Source: Chloropicon primus | Taxonomy: Eukaryota | Direction of reading: 5' to 3' | DNA length: 64,000 nt | NCBI GenBank assembly: GCA_023205875.1 | Contig: CP060769.1 | Location: 496,001 to 560,000 of the forward strand | Shown: positions 31,972-42,288 of the stretch, piece by piece | Position numbering within the stretch: the first letter of the stretch is position 1 | Layout of the letters: the number at the start of each line of letters is the position of its first letter | Notes under the pieces: generated by a model | What the model was told of the DNA's origin: nothing | Databases searched by the model: none | Seen by the model: only the letters and a program-made list of their open reading frames with translations | Program-made: the position numbers and the translations under genes

Positions 31972-32343
31972 TCAGCCAAAGTGGGGAGCTGCACCGAAAG
32001 GATTAGCCGCCCTCATCATTCTCAACCCTCCTTTGCCGACGTTGCGTCCGACGTTGAACTCCCTTCTGGCGAGGTTCCTCTCCACGGGATGACCGAACAT
32101 GGCACCTTCGAGGCCATGCTTCATGGCGTTCCCCATGATCCTCCCTCCGCCTTTGGCGACCTGGGCCCCCGCTCTGAAGAGTCTGGGGTGCCAAGTGTTA
32201 TCCAGGAGCTGACGACCCGCGGTGTCCCCGGGAGCGATCGCATCCGCATCCACGACCTCAGCCTCCGCTGCTCTCGCGCTCGCGGCCGTTCCGAGGAGGA
32301 GCATCGCACACACGAGCATTGTCTTCATGCTGGTCGAGATCAT
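31972..32343 (-). CDS. Small secreted prepropeptide, copy 2 (identical protein)
   Basis: Translation identical to copy 1. Confidence 0.75.
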   Translation of the reverse strand: MISTSMKTMLVCAMLLLGTAASARAAEAEVVDADAIAPGDTAGRQLLDNTWHPRLFRAGAQVAKGGGRIMGNAMKHGLEGAMFGHPVERNLARREFNVGRNVGKGGLRMMRAANPFGAAPHFG

Positions 32344-33124
32344 CTTCCTGTCTTGTCTTCGGGTGATGTGATGTTGCGTAGTGTAGTGAGAAAATACTTT
32401 GCCTTGGGCTCGAGGGCTGGCTTGTTGTTCGCGAATTCTTTTTTTTCTTTTCGTAGCGGCTGCGTCGAAAGGCTCAGAATGCTTTTGACCCCCTCGTCGC
32501 CAACCGTCGCCGGTATATACCCGTCCTTGGCCTCGTCGTCCCCTCGTCACGAGCTTCGTCTCGGGAACCGGCTTCGAAATAGAAAACCCTTGTTGGCGTT
32601 ACTGCCCGTGACTTGTGAAAAACGGCCGAATTTTTATCAGTCAGACATCACGTTTGTGGTGTGTTGAGGTCATGAGACGATCGATGGCATCACGGGCGGT
32701 GTGACCGTCTCCTGGAGTACTGCTCCGACCCTTACCCCCCCTTCCCTCCACCATCACCATCACCATCAGTGACGGTCCATCACGATCACCATCTCCTCTG
32801 TTCTTTTCTCTTCTGGTGGATTTTCTCCCTTCGCGAATTCAAAGGGACCTGTCGCGCCTTCACAGGACAAGAGACGAGAGGTGCAAGATCATCGCATCCC
32901 CACCACGAGGACGACGACAACGACGACGACGACGACGAGGACGAGGACACTGCGACGTCCAGGGCGATCCCTTCATTCCAAAGGAGGCACCTTTCCACCG
33001 CAAACGAACACAACACACGCAGAGACACACAGAGAGAGCTAGCGAGCTAGCTAGGTAGCTGAGAGGTTTGTTCGTAAACAGTTCAGTTCGGAGGCAGTTG
33101 GAGTTGGAGTGAAGAGGAGCGAAG

Positions 33125-34076
33125 ATGTTGGAAGAAGATTTCGAGAAGACGATCAAGGTATTGATTGTTGGGAATGGGAAGGTCGGGAAGTCGAGCATGA
33201 TCCGCAGGTTTTGCACGGGGACTTTCACCAACACCTACAAGAGGACCATAGGCGTGGACTTTTTAGAAAAAGTGCAGTATTGTAGGGATCTCGGGGAGGA
33301 CGTTCGCATGATGTTGTGGGACACAGCAGGACAGGTCAGTCACACCCTTGATGGAGGAATTGGACAACCCTTTCCTCTCTCTCTCTCTCTCTCTCTCTCC
33401 CTCTCTCTCTCTCTTTCTTGCTTGCTTGGTGTTCTGACTCTTGTGGACTCTACTCGAGCAGGAGGAGTATGATACGATCACTCGAACGTATTACAGGGGA
33501 GCAGGAGCTTGCGTCCTAGCCTTCTCCACGACAGATAGAGACTCCTTCAGGGCGGTGTCGACTTGGAAGAAGAAGGTGGAAGCGGAATGCGGAGAGATAG
33601 CGATGGTTCTGGTGCAGACCAAGGTGGACCTGATAGACCAGGCGGTGGTGGACAAGGACGAGGCGGAGCAGCTGGCCGAGAACCTGGGACTGAAGTTCTA
33701 TCGCACGTCCGTGAAAGACAACCTCAATGTGGATCTTGTTTTCGAGGACCTTGTGAGCCTTGCGGACCAGTACGCCCAAAACCAGGAGCAGACGCGTAGG
33801 CGGTCCTCGCATACGGACACGGCCGGCGGGGAGAGTGGATCAGTGAGTGGGGCAGGTCACGCAGACTTCGCAGGCAGCGGCACGAGCAAGAAGGGAGGAG
33901 ATGTTGACGACAATTCTCCCGTGAAGAAGAAAAGCATCTTCAAGACCAAGAAGGACACGAAAGACGAGAGCGTGGCAGGCATGGGGGAGTCCTTCACCAT
34001 AAGCGGGCCATCCAAGCAAAGGTCTGGAGGAAAGAAGAAGATGAAGTCCAAACTAAAAAATTGCTCCATCGCATGA
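33125..34076 (+). CDS. RAB23: Rab23 GTPase, 2 exons; intron 33335-33461
   Basis: MLEEDFE...GNGKVGKSSMI, TIGVDFLE, EDVRMMLWDTAGQ|EEYDTITRTYYRGAGACVL, C-terminal CSIA. Confidence 0.88.
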
Positions 34077-34245
34077 AGACCAGCCAAATCGCTTTGTGAA
34101 TGGAGCAAGAAAGACGCAGGTGGGTTTTAGGAAGTAAGCAAGCTAACTAAGCTCATTTTGATAACACAATACGCGTGAAGTATCGAGAGAGAGAAGATGA
34201 CAAAAGAATCTGTCTAATTGCACCGGCATGTACGTGCGCCCCAGC

Positions 34246-36087
34246 TTACAAGAGAGAGGGCTCTGGTTCTGGGCACGACCCTTCCAGGAGCTCCTGCCAC
34301 TTTTGATCAGCCACCACGCAGTGCTGGTCTCTCAGTCTATCGAGCTCGCCCAAATCACCACCCGCCTCGAGGACCGTGTGAAACAATCCGATGAGGCCCT
34401 TCTTGAAGTCAAGGTAGGGGCTTGCGATCAGAAGGCAGACTTTGAGTTGGTACACACCTTCCCCAAGCTCCCCGCGATCGAGGGACGCTCTGATCAAAGG
34501 CTCAAAGTGCAACTCGCCCAGAAGCCCCAACTCTTCCTTGCCCAGCTCGAACTGAAGGAGCTCAGCAGCCCTGCGCTCCCTGCGCTGCTCGCACAAGCTC
34601 TGCAGCAGAACCAAGAGTCCGTTCTCGTTGACTTTCCACTGAATGGAGCCATCCTTCCTGTCGCCGAACAAGCCGAGCACCTCGTCCACCCTCTCCCCGC
34701 TGGCCGCCCTCAGCATGGTGACGATGGCCTCGTTCGCTATTTTATCCGTGTCGTAGCCCAGCCACTTCCAGGCCCCCAAGAGATTGTCGAACTCTCCAAA
34801 GCCCGCCTCCTCGCTCAGTACCGCCATCCTCGTGACCACCAGGGTTGACTCCAAGGGTGCAGGGACCATCATCTCAAAGGCTTTTCTGACGACGTTCACC
34901 GCCCCCACCAGGTCCCCGCCCTTCGAATACGCATGGACCGCCGCGTGGTAAGCCTTCGGACCCGGCAAAATTCCAGCCACCCTCATCTCCTCCAGGCACA
35001 CCACCGCGTCGTCTCCCCTTCCTTCCAAGGCGCAAGCCTTGAGGGTCTCGTGGTAGTACAGGCACCTCTCGCTGGTCTCCGGGTACCATTCGCTCGTGCC
35101 GGTGACCCTGGCCGGGTGAACCAAATCCACAGCCACAGGCTGATCATCCTTCTCGTCCTCCCCAAAGTCGTTGTCGACGGATTCCTCCGCCGACGAGTCC
35201 TTCTTCTTGGCCTTCCTTTTCCTTCTCGTGCTGGTGCCAAACTGGGGAAGGACGGCCTGGGATGCCTGCTGCTCCTGGACCGCCCAGTGCTGCTCGTTCG
35301 CCTCGTTCAAGAAATTTTCGGCCAAGAACCTGTCTTGCATCTCCATCAGAACGTCCCTTGCGAAGCCCAAGTCGTCGGACTCCGCCATGAAGTCGAGGTC
35401 GCCCTCGCCGGACTTCCCCTCCTCGGTCTCCGCGAGGAGCTGAAGGGACCGCCAGTCCGAGGGGTCCAGGTACTCGTTGTCGTACTCGCCTCTCCCTCCC
35501 TCCTCCCACTCGTCCTCGTCATACGACTGAGACTCGGTGACGTCCTCCTCCCCGCCGCTGTCAGCCTCGCCACGCACCGAGCCAGCTCGCAGCGCCTCCT
35601 CGTCAAAGTAGAACTCCTCCCCGTCCTCGTCGTCTATGGAAGTCCCCGTCTTCAGGTCGAAGAGGGACGCCGCCAGCTCGTTGTCATTCTCATCGTCGTA
35701 AGCATACGCCTCCTCCTCCTCCTCGCCCTCCTCCTCCTCGTCCTCGTCCCGAAGCTCCGTCCCCTTCCCCTTGGCCTCCGTCTCCTCACTGAAGTCCTCC
35801 TCCCCCTCCGTCCTCTCCCTCCCCTCCTCCCCGTCCTCCGCACTCAAGCTGAACCCAACCTTCCACGCCAGGCACGACACTCCCCCCCTCGAGGCCCTCC
35901 TCGCCACCATCGCGCTCCTCGCTCCTCCTCCTCCTCCTCCGCTCCTCGTGGTCCCCACCTTGGTGCCCAAACTCCTCGTCCTCGTTCCCTCCCGCTGCAC
36001 GAACCGACAACCCAGGCGTCCGCTCGCCGCCATCGTCGCCGCCGTCGTCGTCGTCATCATCGTCGTGCGGCGGTGTCGGACCTCCAT
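34246..36087 (-). CDS. Plastid-targeted PPR-like protein resembling the pTAC3/PAP1 N-terminal region
   Basis: Transit peptide, long acidic linker, then EMRVAGILPGPKAYHAAVHAYSKGGDLVGA...LGYD...LHFEPLI. Confidence 0.65.
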   Translation of the reverse strand: MEVRHRRTTMMTTTTAATMAASGRLGCRFVQREGTRTRSLGTKVGTTRSGGGGGGARSAMVARRASRGGVSCLAWKVGFSLSAEDGEEGRERTEGEEDFSEETEAKGKGTELRDEDEEEEGEEEEEAYAYDDENDNELAASLFDLKTGTSIDDEDGEEFYFDEEALRAGSVRGEADSGGEEDVTESQSYDEDEWEEGGRGEYDNEYLDPSDWRSLQLLAETEEGKSGEGDLDFMAESDDLGFARDVLMEMQDRFLAENFLNEANEQHWAVQEQQASQAVLPQFGTSTRRKRKAKKKDSSAEESVDNDFGEDEKDDQPVAVDLVHPARVTGTSEWYPETSERCLYYHETLKACALEGRGDDAVVCLEEMRVAGILPGPKAYHAAVHAYSKGGDLVGAVNVVRKAFEMMVPAPLESTLVVTRMAVLSEEAGFGEFDNLLGAWKWLGYDTDKIANEAIVTMLRAASGERVDEVLGLFGDRKDGSIQWKVNENGLLVLLQSLCEQRRERRAAELLQFELGKEELGLLGELHFEPLIRASLDRGELGEGVYQLKVCLLIASPYLDFKKGLIGLFHTVLEAGGDLGELDRLRDQHCVVADQKWQELLEGSCPEPEPSLL

Positions 36088-36576
36088 CTCCTTTCCTCCC
36101 CTCTGCTCTGCTCTTGCTCTGTTCTGTTCTGTCTCGATGCCTCGAACGGGATCAGCTGGATGGAATGGAATGGAATGGAATGGTTCGTCCCGACCCGAGG
36201 GCCGTTTCGTGGAAGATACGGTTGTATCGAAAGATCGCGACAAGGCGGTTTGGATGTTCTATCCTGGAAGGGATTCCCCCTCCTCGTGTTCCCTTGCTCC
36301 CTCGTGTTCCTTTCGTTCTCGTTCTCTTCTCCTTCCTGGCCTCCAAGGTGTTGGTGTTTGGATAAGGCGCTGCCCTTTTTTCCTTTTCCAGCGGAGAGGG
36401 GAGGAGAGGGATTGAGTTTGAGAAAGGGAAGCATGAAGGGATCAAGGGGAACAAGACAAGACAAGACAAGACAAGGATGAAAGAATCAAAGAATCAAAAC
36501 AAAGTATCTGTCGACCTCACTCCCTTTTCCTTCTTTCCTTCCTCCCTTTTGGCTCTTTTATCCGGTTTGTGTTTGT

Positions 36577-37812
36577 TTATTTCTTGGCGTGCTTGGCCCT
36601 GGACTGGAGCTCTGTGTACAACGCGGTACCGGCGAGAGCAATGCCGGTTCCGATGATGGTCTTCGTGGTCAGCACGTTGCCGAAGAACACGACGGAGCTC
36701 CCTATGATGATGATGCGCTTGATCACGTTGCAAACACCATGGGAAACCGGGTTCACGCGCTGCAAGGTGTTGAAAGCAAACTGATTGTACAAGTGGTAGA
36801 ACAGGCCGACGGAGAACAAGTAAGTCCCGAACTTGGCCCAGCCCAGCTTGGCCACCGCGGCTTGGATTCCCGCGGGAAGGGCCTGGCCCTCCATGATCAG
36901 GGCCAGGGGCGCGCAGAGCACGACCGAGATGACGGTGGTGTACGCGTACAAGGCCGTACTGCCGAGGTCCTTGACGTCCGACATCGTCTTCTTGCTCAGC
37001 ACCGCCCTGAACCCGAAGGTCAAGTTGCTGAACATGGCGCTAAGAAAGCCAAGCCAGTTGAACGACAGCTCGCTGGCGCAGACCATTCCCACGCCGAAGA
37101 TGATGGGAACCAAGGAACCCAGAACCGGGAGGGGCGTCGGCGTTCCGAGGATGGACCACTGCAGCACGGCACTGAACGCCGGCTCCAGTGTCTTGACGGT
37201 GTGCGTGAGCGAGATTGCGACAGCTGCGAAGGACAAGTTCGCAGCAATGTGTCCAAACGCATGCATGGACGCCGGTCCCGATATCTTCTTGAGCTCCTCC
37301 CCCGTGATCGGTCTCCCGAACGACGCCTTCTTGAAGCCCAACCCATAACACACCAAGCAGTAGATCGCGCCCACGACAACGTGGACCGTGCTCACCGTCC
37401 ATGGGAACGGGAAACTCTTGTAGAGCGTCTTGTTGGTCAAGTTGAAGCACACGTTCACCGCGTACCACAATGCTATGTATCCCGCAGTCACAAGCTTCGA
37501 GGATGAGGATGAGGACGAGGACGAGGAGGAATCACCTGAGGCAGACGACGCCGACGCCGACGCCTTGCACACCAATACCCTCTTCCTCAACACCTTCACC
37601 CTCTTCGTTCCGCCCACGCCCATGCCCATGTCCATGCCCATGTCCATGGTGTCCGTGGGTTTGTTGCTCGCTTCCGTGTGGATCCTTTTCCTTGCTGCGT
37701 CGTTGGCGTTGGTCCTTCCACGCAAGGCGGCGGTGCGGGTGACCCTGATGGCGGAGGATCCGAAGTCCACCCTCCTCGTCCTCGTCGTCGTCGTCCTCAT
37801 GGTCATGGTCAT
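36577..37812 (-). CDS. TPT: Plastid triose-phosphate/phosphate translocator family protein
   Basis: WYAVNVCFNLTNK, AVAISLTHTVKTLEPAF, SELSFNWLGF, FYHLYNQ, SHGVCNVIKR. Confidence 0.92.
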   Translation of the reverse strand: MTMTMRTTTTRTRRVDFGSSAIRVTRTAALRGRTNANDAARKRIHTEASNKPTDTMDMGMDMGMGVGGTKRVKVLRKRVLVCKASASASSASGDSSSSSSSSSSSKLVTAGYIALWYAVNVCFNLTNKTLYKSFPFPWTVSTVHVVVGAIYCLVCYGLGFKKASFGRPITGEELKKISGPASMHAFGHIAANLSFAAVAISLTHTVKTLEPAFSAVLQWSILGTPTPLPVLGSLVPIIFGVGMVCASELSFNWLGFLSAMFSNLTFGFRAVLSKKTMSDVKDLGSTALYAYTTVISVVLCAPLALIMEGQALPAGIQAAVAKLGWAKFGTYLFSVGLFYHLYNQFAFNTLQRVNPVSHGVCNVIKRIIIIGSSVVFFGNVLTTKTIIGTGIALAGTALYTELQSRAKHAKK

Positions 37813-38228
37813 GGTCAGAGTAGCGGCGCGAGGTGCGGCGCGAGATTAAGCTTCTGCTTCAGCGGAGAGGAGGAGAGGAGGAGAGGAGGACGACAGAGGA
37901 GGAGGAGGAGGAGAGAGGAGGAGGGAGGAGGGGTTGAGAGAAAGAGCGGGTCGAGATCTTTCCAACGAGCTCTCGCTTGATGGGAGGAAAGGAAGAATAG
38001 AGTCTTCTCTGTGGAAAGGAAAGGAAAGGAAAGGAATCATACCAAGGACAACGACGACGACGACGACGACGACGAGGACGAGAGCGGAGGAGGAGGAGGA
38101 GGGAGGAGGAGGGAGGGGCCGCTGAGAGAAAGAGCGGGTCGAAATCTTTCCAACGACCTGAGACAGAGGAAGAGGAAGAGGAAGAGGAAGAGACGCCAGT
38201 CTCTCTGTAACGGCCAGCAGGGCAGAGG

Positions 38229-39533
38229 ATGACGGTGGGGGTGGGGGTGTCTCAACAACCACGCTCTCTCTCGTGTCGGAAGGCGAGGGGACTCGAGGCG
38301 AGGGGACTTGTTCGTGCGTCCTCGTCCTCCTCTCCTCTGTCGAGGCGGACGCTGAGGAACATCTTGTGGACCGAGGAGGAACAGAGCTTGCTTTGGCCCC
38401 GAAAGGAGAAGGCTGCCGTGGTGGTTGGGATGGGAGCGGCGTGTCTTGACTTGCTGGCCACTGTGTCGAGGTATCCGGATCCGGATGAGAAGGTCCGCTC
38501 GGTGGGTTTCAAGCAGGAGGGGGGAGGGAACGCGGGGAACTGCCTGACGGCGGTCGCGAGGCTGCTGGAACCGACGGACGGGATGGGGGTGAGCCTTATT
38601 TCCAAGGTCGGACTGGACTCCGCGGGAGAGGCGGTCGTGAGGGATCTGGAGGAGGAGGGGGTGGACTGCTCGCTGGTGTACCGGGGCGGGGAGACGACCG
38701 CTTTCTCGTACATAATCGTGGACGAGAAGGACAAGACGAGGACGTGCATTCACACTCCGCTGGCGGAGCCCATGCTCGAGGGGGAGGTGGCAGACGTCAG
38801 GGACAAGGCCGAGCGAATCATGGGGTCGGCCTCCGTCGTCGTTTTCGATGGAAGGCACACTGAAGCCTCCATCGTGCTGGCCCAAGTCGCCGCGGAGAAC
38901 AGGGTTCCCATCCTGCTGGACGCGGAGAAGCCTCGGGAGAACCTCGAGGAGCTTCTGGCCCTTGCAGACGTTGCCGTGTGCCCCGAAAGTTTCGCCAAGG
39001 AGATGCTCGGAAGGAAGGAAAGCCAGGGGATCGCGGGAGACTTCTTGTGCCTGGCCAGAGAATTCCTTCCGAGGGCAAAGCTCGTTCTGATCACGAGGGG
39101 GAGCGAGGGAAGCGTGGCCTTGGCGAGCCCGACGCCCGGGGGCCTGGTGAGGGACATCGAGGAGTCCATCTCGATCGAGGCGAGCGGGCTGGGTTCCAGC
39201 GGGGGCGCCCCCCTCTCGCCATTCCTGAGGTCCTCGGACGACGCGGGGGTTCTCTTGCCCGATGCGCGGGACGTCGGAAATTCTTGCGTTGCCTCTGGAA
39301 GCTGCCACATTCCCAGCGTCGTCGACACCACCGGGGCCGGGGACGCGTTCATCGGGGCCATGGCTTTCGCCCTCGCTCGCCCCAAAACCTTTGCCGAGTC
39401 GCCCCTGTCGCGAGTGATTCTGCTGGCGAGCGTGGTGGCCGGCTTGAAGTGCCAGCAAGTCGGGGCGAGGTCAGGCCTGCCATCTTCCGATCTGCTCGAC
39501 CTTGATAAGATGCTCGACCTTGATAATGTATAA
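38229..39533 (+). CDS. PfkB-family carbohydrate kinase
   Basis: GGGNAGN, ILLDAEK, ITRGSEG, VVDTTGAGDAFIG. Confidence 0.92.
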   Translation: MTVGVGVSQQPRSLSCRKARGLEARGLVRASSSSSPLSRRTLRNILWTEEEQSLLWPRKEKAAVVVGMGAACLDLLATVSRYPDPDEKVRSVGFKQEGGGNAGNCLTAVARLLEPTDGMGVSLISKVGLDSAGEAVVRDLEEEGVDCSLVYRGGETTAFSYIIVDEKDKTRTCIHTPLAEPMLEGEVADVRDKAERIMGSASVVVFDGRHTEASIVLAQVAAENRVPILLDAEKPRENLEELLALADVAVCPESFAKEMLGRKESQGIAGDFLCLAREFLPRAKLVLITRGSEGSVALASPTPGGLVRDIEESISIEASGLGSSGGAPLSPFLRSSDDAGVLLPDARDVGNSCVASGSCHIPSVVDTTGAGDAFIGAMAFALARPKTFAESPLSRVILLASVVAGLKCQQVGARSGLPSSDLLDLDKMLDLDNV

Positions 39534-39684
39534 CAGAGAGATCAGCGTAGTGTCCAAGTCCTTGCCTTGTGTTCTCGATACGCTAACCCACGTGTTTGGT
39601 TTGGTTTTTCTTTTGATTACTTGTTCCTCTTACGGCACAGCCAACCCATACCATAGTTAAGAGTTAGAGTGTCCGATGGCCAAC

Positions 39685-42288
39685 TCAAAGTGGGCAGCCC
39701 ATGGCATCCACCTTCCTCTCGCTTCCGAACTCGATGTGTCCGTACTCTTTGAGCGAGGATAAAATTACATAAAGAAGCCAAAGAGTGACGAGAAAGATGG
39801 CAATGAAAGACTTGGAGTTCTTCGGTCCTCCCAGTTCCCCGCCATTGACCCTTCTGTTCACTGCCAGGGAAATCAAGCAGCAGACAGCAAAAATGGAGTA
39901 GATCAGCACGCTATACGACAGGGATCCACTTGGGATGCAGTACCTGCCGCCCGTCGAGTCGCCGTTGAAGTGGTAGTACATGCTGGCAAGAACCCACGGG
40001 AGCCCCAGCCCGAGGAGAACGTTCACGGTGTTACTGCCGGCCACGTTTCCGACAGCAGCATCGGCATCGGGTGCTTCAAGGGCAGCCGTCCTTGAAGCAA
40101 AGGTGTCGGGAAGGGAAGTTCCCAAGGCAACGAAAGTGATCGCAGTGACAGCGTCCTTGAGCCCAATGGCGCAGCCGAAGAGAGACGCGAGCTCACCCAC
40201 AACCGCGGTGAGGCATCCGATGTAGATGAGGCAGCAGAAAAAGGCACTCCAGCCTCCGTTGTACTCCGGAGGAGGCACGAAAGCGGCTGTGACCTTCCAG
40301 AATATTGTCAGGAAGTGCAGGGCGTAGTCCAAGGACTCGAACTCCACCTCGTCTCCGTTCTCGTCCACTCCCTTAGCAGGGACGATTGCGGACTTGAACT
40401 GCTCGCGCCAAGTGCTGGTGTGGTGCATGAAAGCTTTGAGCTGACGGTCGAGCTTCTTCTCTATCCTGTTTCTGAACTCGCTCTCGCTGCCGTCGTCCAC
40501 AATCTTTACGAGCACGATGTTGGACTTCTCGAGCCTGGCGAACTCGGAGGGCTCGTACAAGGACACGTTGAAAACCCTGTCGTACACCTTGTCGCTGTCG
40601 ATGAGAGGGATCTTGATCTTCTGCGAGATTTGGCCAGGCTCGAAGCTCACGGTCCCGGACGTCTCCTGATAGTCAGTCCCCGCCATGGCGGATCCGTTTG
40701 AGGTCTTGTACTTGCAAGACACCGCCCCCTTCGCCCCCGCGCTTCGGATGACCTTCACCGAGGCATGAGACTTCCTCTCGCTGACCGTCACAATTTTGTT
40801 CTCAAAGGCAATGCTGCCCGGGTCATCGTCGTCGATGATGATCACGATGCACATGGCCCTCTCTCCGAGCTTGACGATGTACCCCCCCTCGGGGACCTCC
40901 TCCTCGTCCTCCACCTCCTTGGAGGCCTCGAGCAGCCTTGGGTTCGACAACAAGATGCTGAAGGTGTGGTCCGGCTCGGGCTCATCGTCGTCCACCACGA
41001 GGACCTCGATGAACTTGACATCCTCTCCTGGCGAGAAGACAAGGGTCCCTTCGGTCGCCTGGTACTCCTTGCCCGCCACACCGCTTCCGTCTTGAGTCTT
41101 GAAGTCCACCGCCACGGCCCTGTGGTGGATGCCGATCCTGGACACGGCGCACCTCACGGACCCCTCGTTCTCCACCACCCTGAACTCCTCGGAGGAGAAC
41201 TCCATCGTTGCTGTGGTCTGCTCCAGCTTGATCTGAGCTTCCTCCTCCGGAGTGAGCTTGGTGATGCTGCCCACAGTCCTCCTCCTCATGTAAGTCTTTC
41301 CCAGCAGCCTCCTCTTGGCATTCACCTTCCAGAAGATGGCAGAAGAGGTCTGCTCCTCCTCAATGTGGCTGAAGAGACCCTTCTTCAAAATCTTCGAGAT
41401 GGCCTTCATGCCGGACTTTGACATGAGTCCATGCTTCATCTTCTCCAGGTTGGAGTTCATCTTGGTCAACACTTGGCTCTTCCTCTGCGTGGTCCTGGAC
41501 TCGCCTTCCTCGACCATGAGGATCTTGCTGTCCCTGTTGTGCCTCGAGTTTTTGGCGCTCGCTCTGAACCAGTTCCTGTCTTGGCCGTACGCCAACCCCA
41601 CGAACAGGAAGAAAGCGCCAAAGGTCAACCAGGCCTCGGCCATGGAAACGACCCCAGGAGTCCACACCTCGAGAACGATGAGGAGCCAAACGTAGGCCAA
41701 GATGGACCACGTCGATGTCATGACGAAAACCCCAGGAGCGCTCACCGTCTTCACGTCCGGCGTGTTGATGCTGTACACGCAGACCGCCGTGATGACGAAG
41801 AGGTTGAAGGCCGCGGAACCCACGATGGTACTCGGCCCGAGCTCCCCAGCGGGCTCATCCAGACTCTGCACCGTCTCCAGGAGAGCGAGGAGGATTTCCG
41901 GTGCGGATGATCCCAGCGCCATCAAGGTCAGGTTGGCCACCGTGGGGTTCCAGAACTGCACCTTCACCTTGTGCCCATTGGCCAGCTTCACCTCCTTCTC
42001 CTTGCTGGTGATGACCTCGATGGCGGCCATGAAGACGTCAGAGATGACCGCTATTCCTAAGAACGCGTACAGCAGTCCAAGGCCATAGATAACCGCTTGG
42101 ACTTCAGGGTTGATGAGGTTCATGATTGGGACCAAGGCCCAACTCTTGGCACACTTTTTGGTCAAGTGGTTCCCGAAGAACTCCACTATGAAGCCCCGCT
42201 CCATGGTCACGGTCCTGTTCTCGTCAAACCCTTTGAAGTTCCTGTCCGGGTAGACCACATACTCGTTGTTTGGGTCCGGGTAAACCAT
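39685..42288 (-). CDS. Na+/Ca2+ exchanger (NCX/SLC8 type) with two Calx-beta domains
   Basis: Alpha-1 repeat NLTLMALGSSAPEI...GSAAFN, two Calx-beta domains (…VDDDEPEPD…; …GTDYQETSGTVSF…), alpha-2 repeat ALGTSLPDTFAS...GSNTVN. Confidence 0.93.
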   Translation of the reverse strand: MVYPDPNNEYVVYPDRNFKGFDENRTVTMERGFIVEFFGNHLTKKCAKSWALVPIMNLINPEVQAVIYGLGLLYAFLGIAVISDVFMAAIEVITSKEKEVKLANGHKVKVQFWNPTVANLTLMALGSSAPEILLALLETVQSLDEPAGELGPSTIVGSAAFNLFVITAVCVYSINTPDVKTVSAPGVFVMTSTWSILAYVWLLIVLEVWTPGVVSMAEAWLTFGAFFLFVGLAYGQDRNWFRASAKNSRHNRDSKILMVEEGESRTTQRKSQVLTKMNSNLEKMKHGLMSKSGMKAISKILKKGLFSHIEEEQTSSAIFWKVNAKRRLLGKTYMRRRTVGSITKLTPEEEAQIKLEQTTATMEFSSEEFRVVENEGSVRCAVSRIGIHHRAVAVDFKTQDGSGVAGKEYQATEGTLVFSPGEDVKFIEVLVVDDDEPEPDHTFSILLSNPRLLEASKEVEDEEEVPEGGYIVKLGERAMCIVIIIDDDDPGSIAFENKIVTVSERKSHASVKVIRSAGAKGAVSCKYKTSNGSAMAGTDYQETSGTVSFEPGQISQKIKIPLIDSDKVYDRVFNVSLYEPSEFARLEKSNIVLVKIVDDGSESEFRNRIEKKLDRQLKAFMHHTSTWREQFKSAIVPAKGVDENGDEVEFESLDYALHFLTIFWKVTAAFVPPPEYNGGWSAFFCCLIYIGCLTAVVGELASLFGCAIGLKDAVTAITFVALGTSLPDTFASRTAALEAPDADAAVGNVAGSNTVNVLLGLGLPWVLASMYYHFNGDSTGGRYCIPSGSLSYSVLIYSIFAVCCLISLAVNRRVNGGELGGPKNSKSFIAIFLVTLWLLYVILSSLKEYGHIEFGSERKVDAMGCPL

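Larger units (their letters stand above)
30198..32832. repeat. Direct tandem duplication (~1.27-kb unit, 1364-bp period)
   Basis: 30198-~31470 is nearly identical to 31562-~32832. A ~90-bp unique spacer lies at 31471-31561. Confidence 0.97.

Noticed and set aside
30449..32667. Plus-strand 284/288-aa ORFs in the duplication
   Set aside because: They start at non-ATG codons, are antisense to the signal-peptide ORF, and lack protein-like features.
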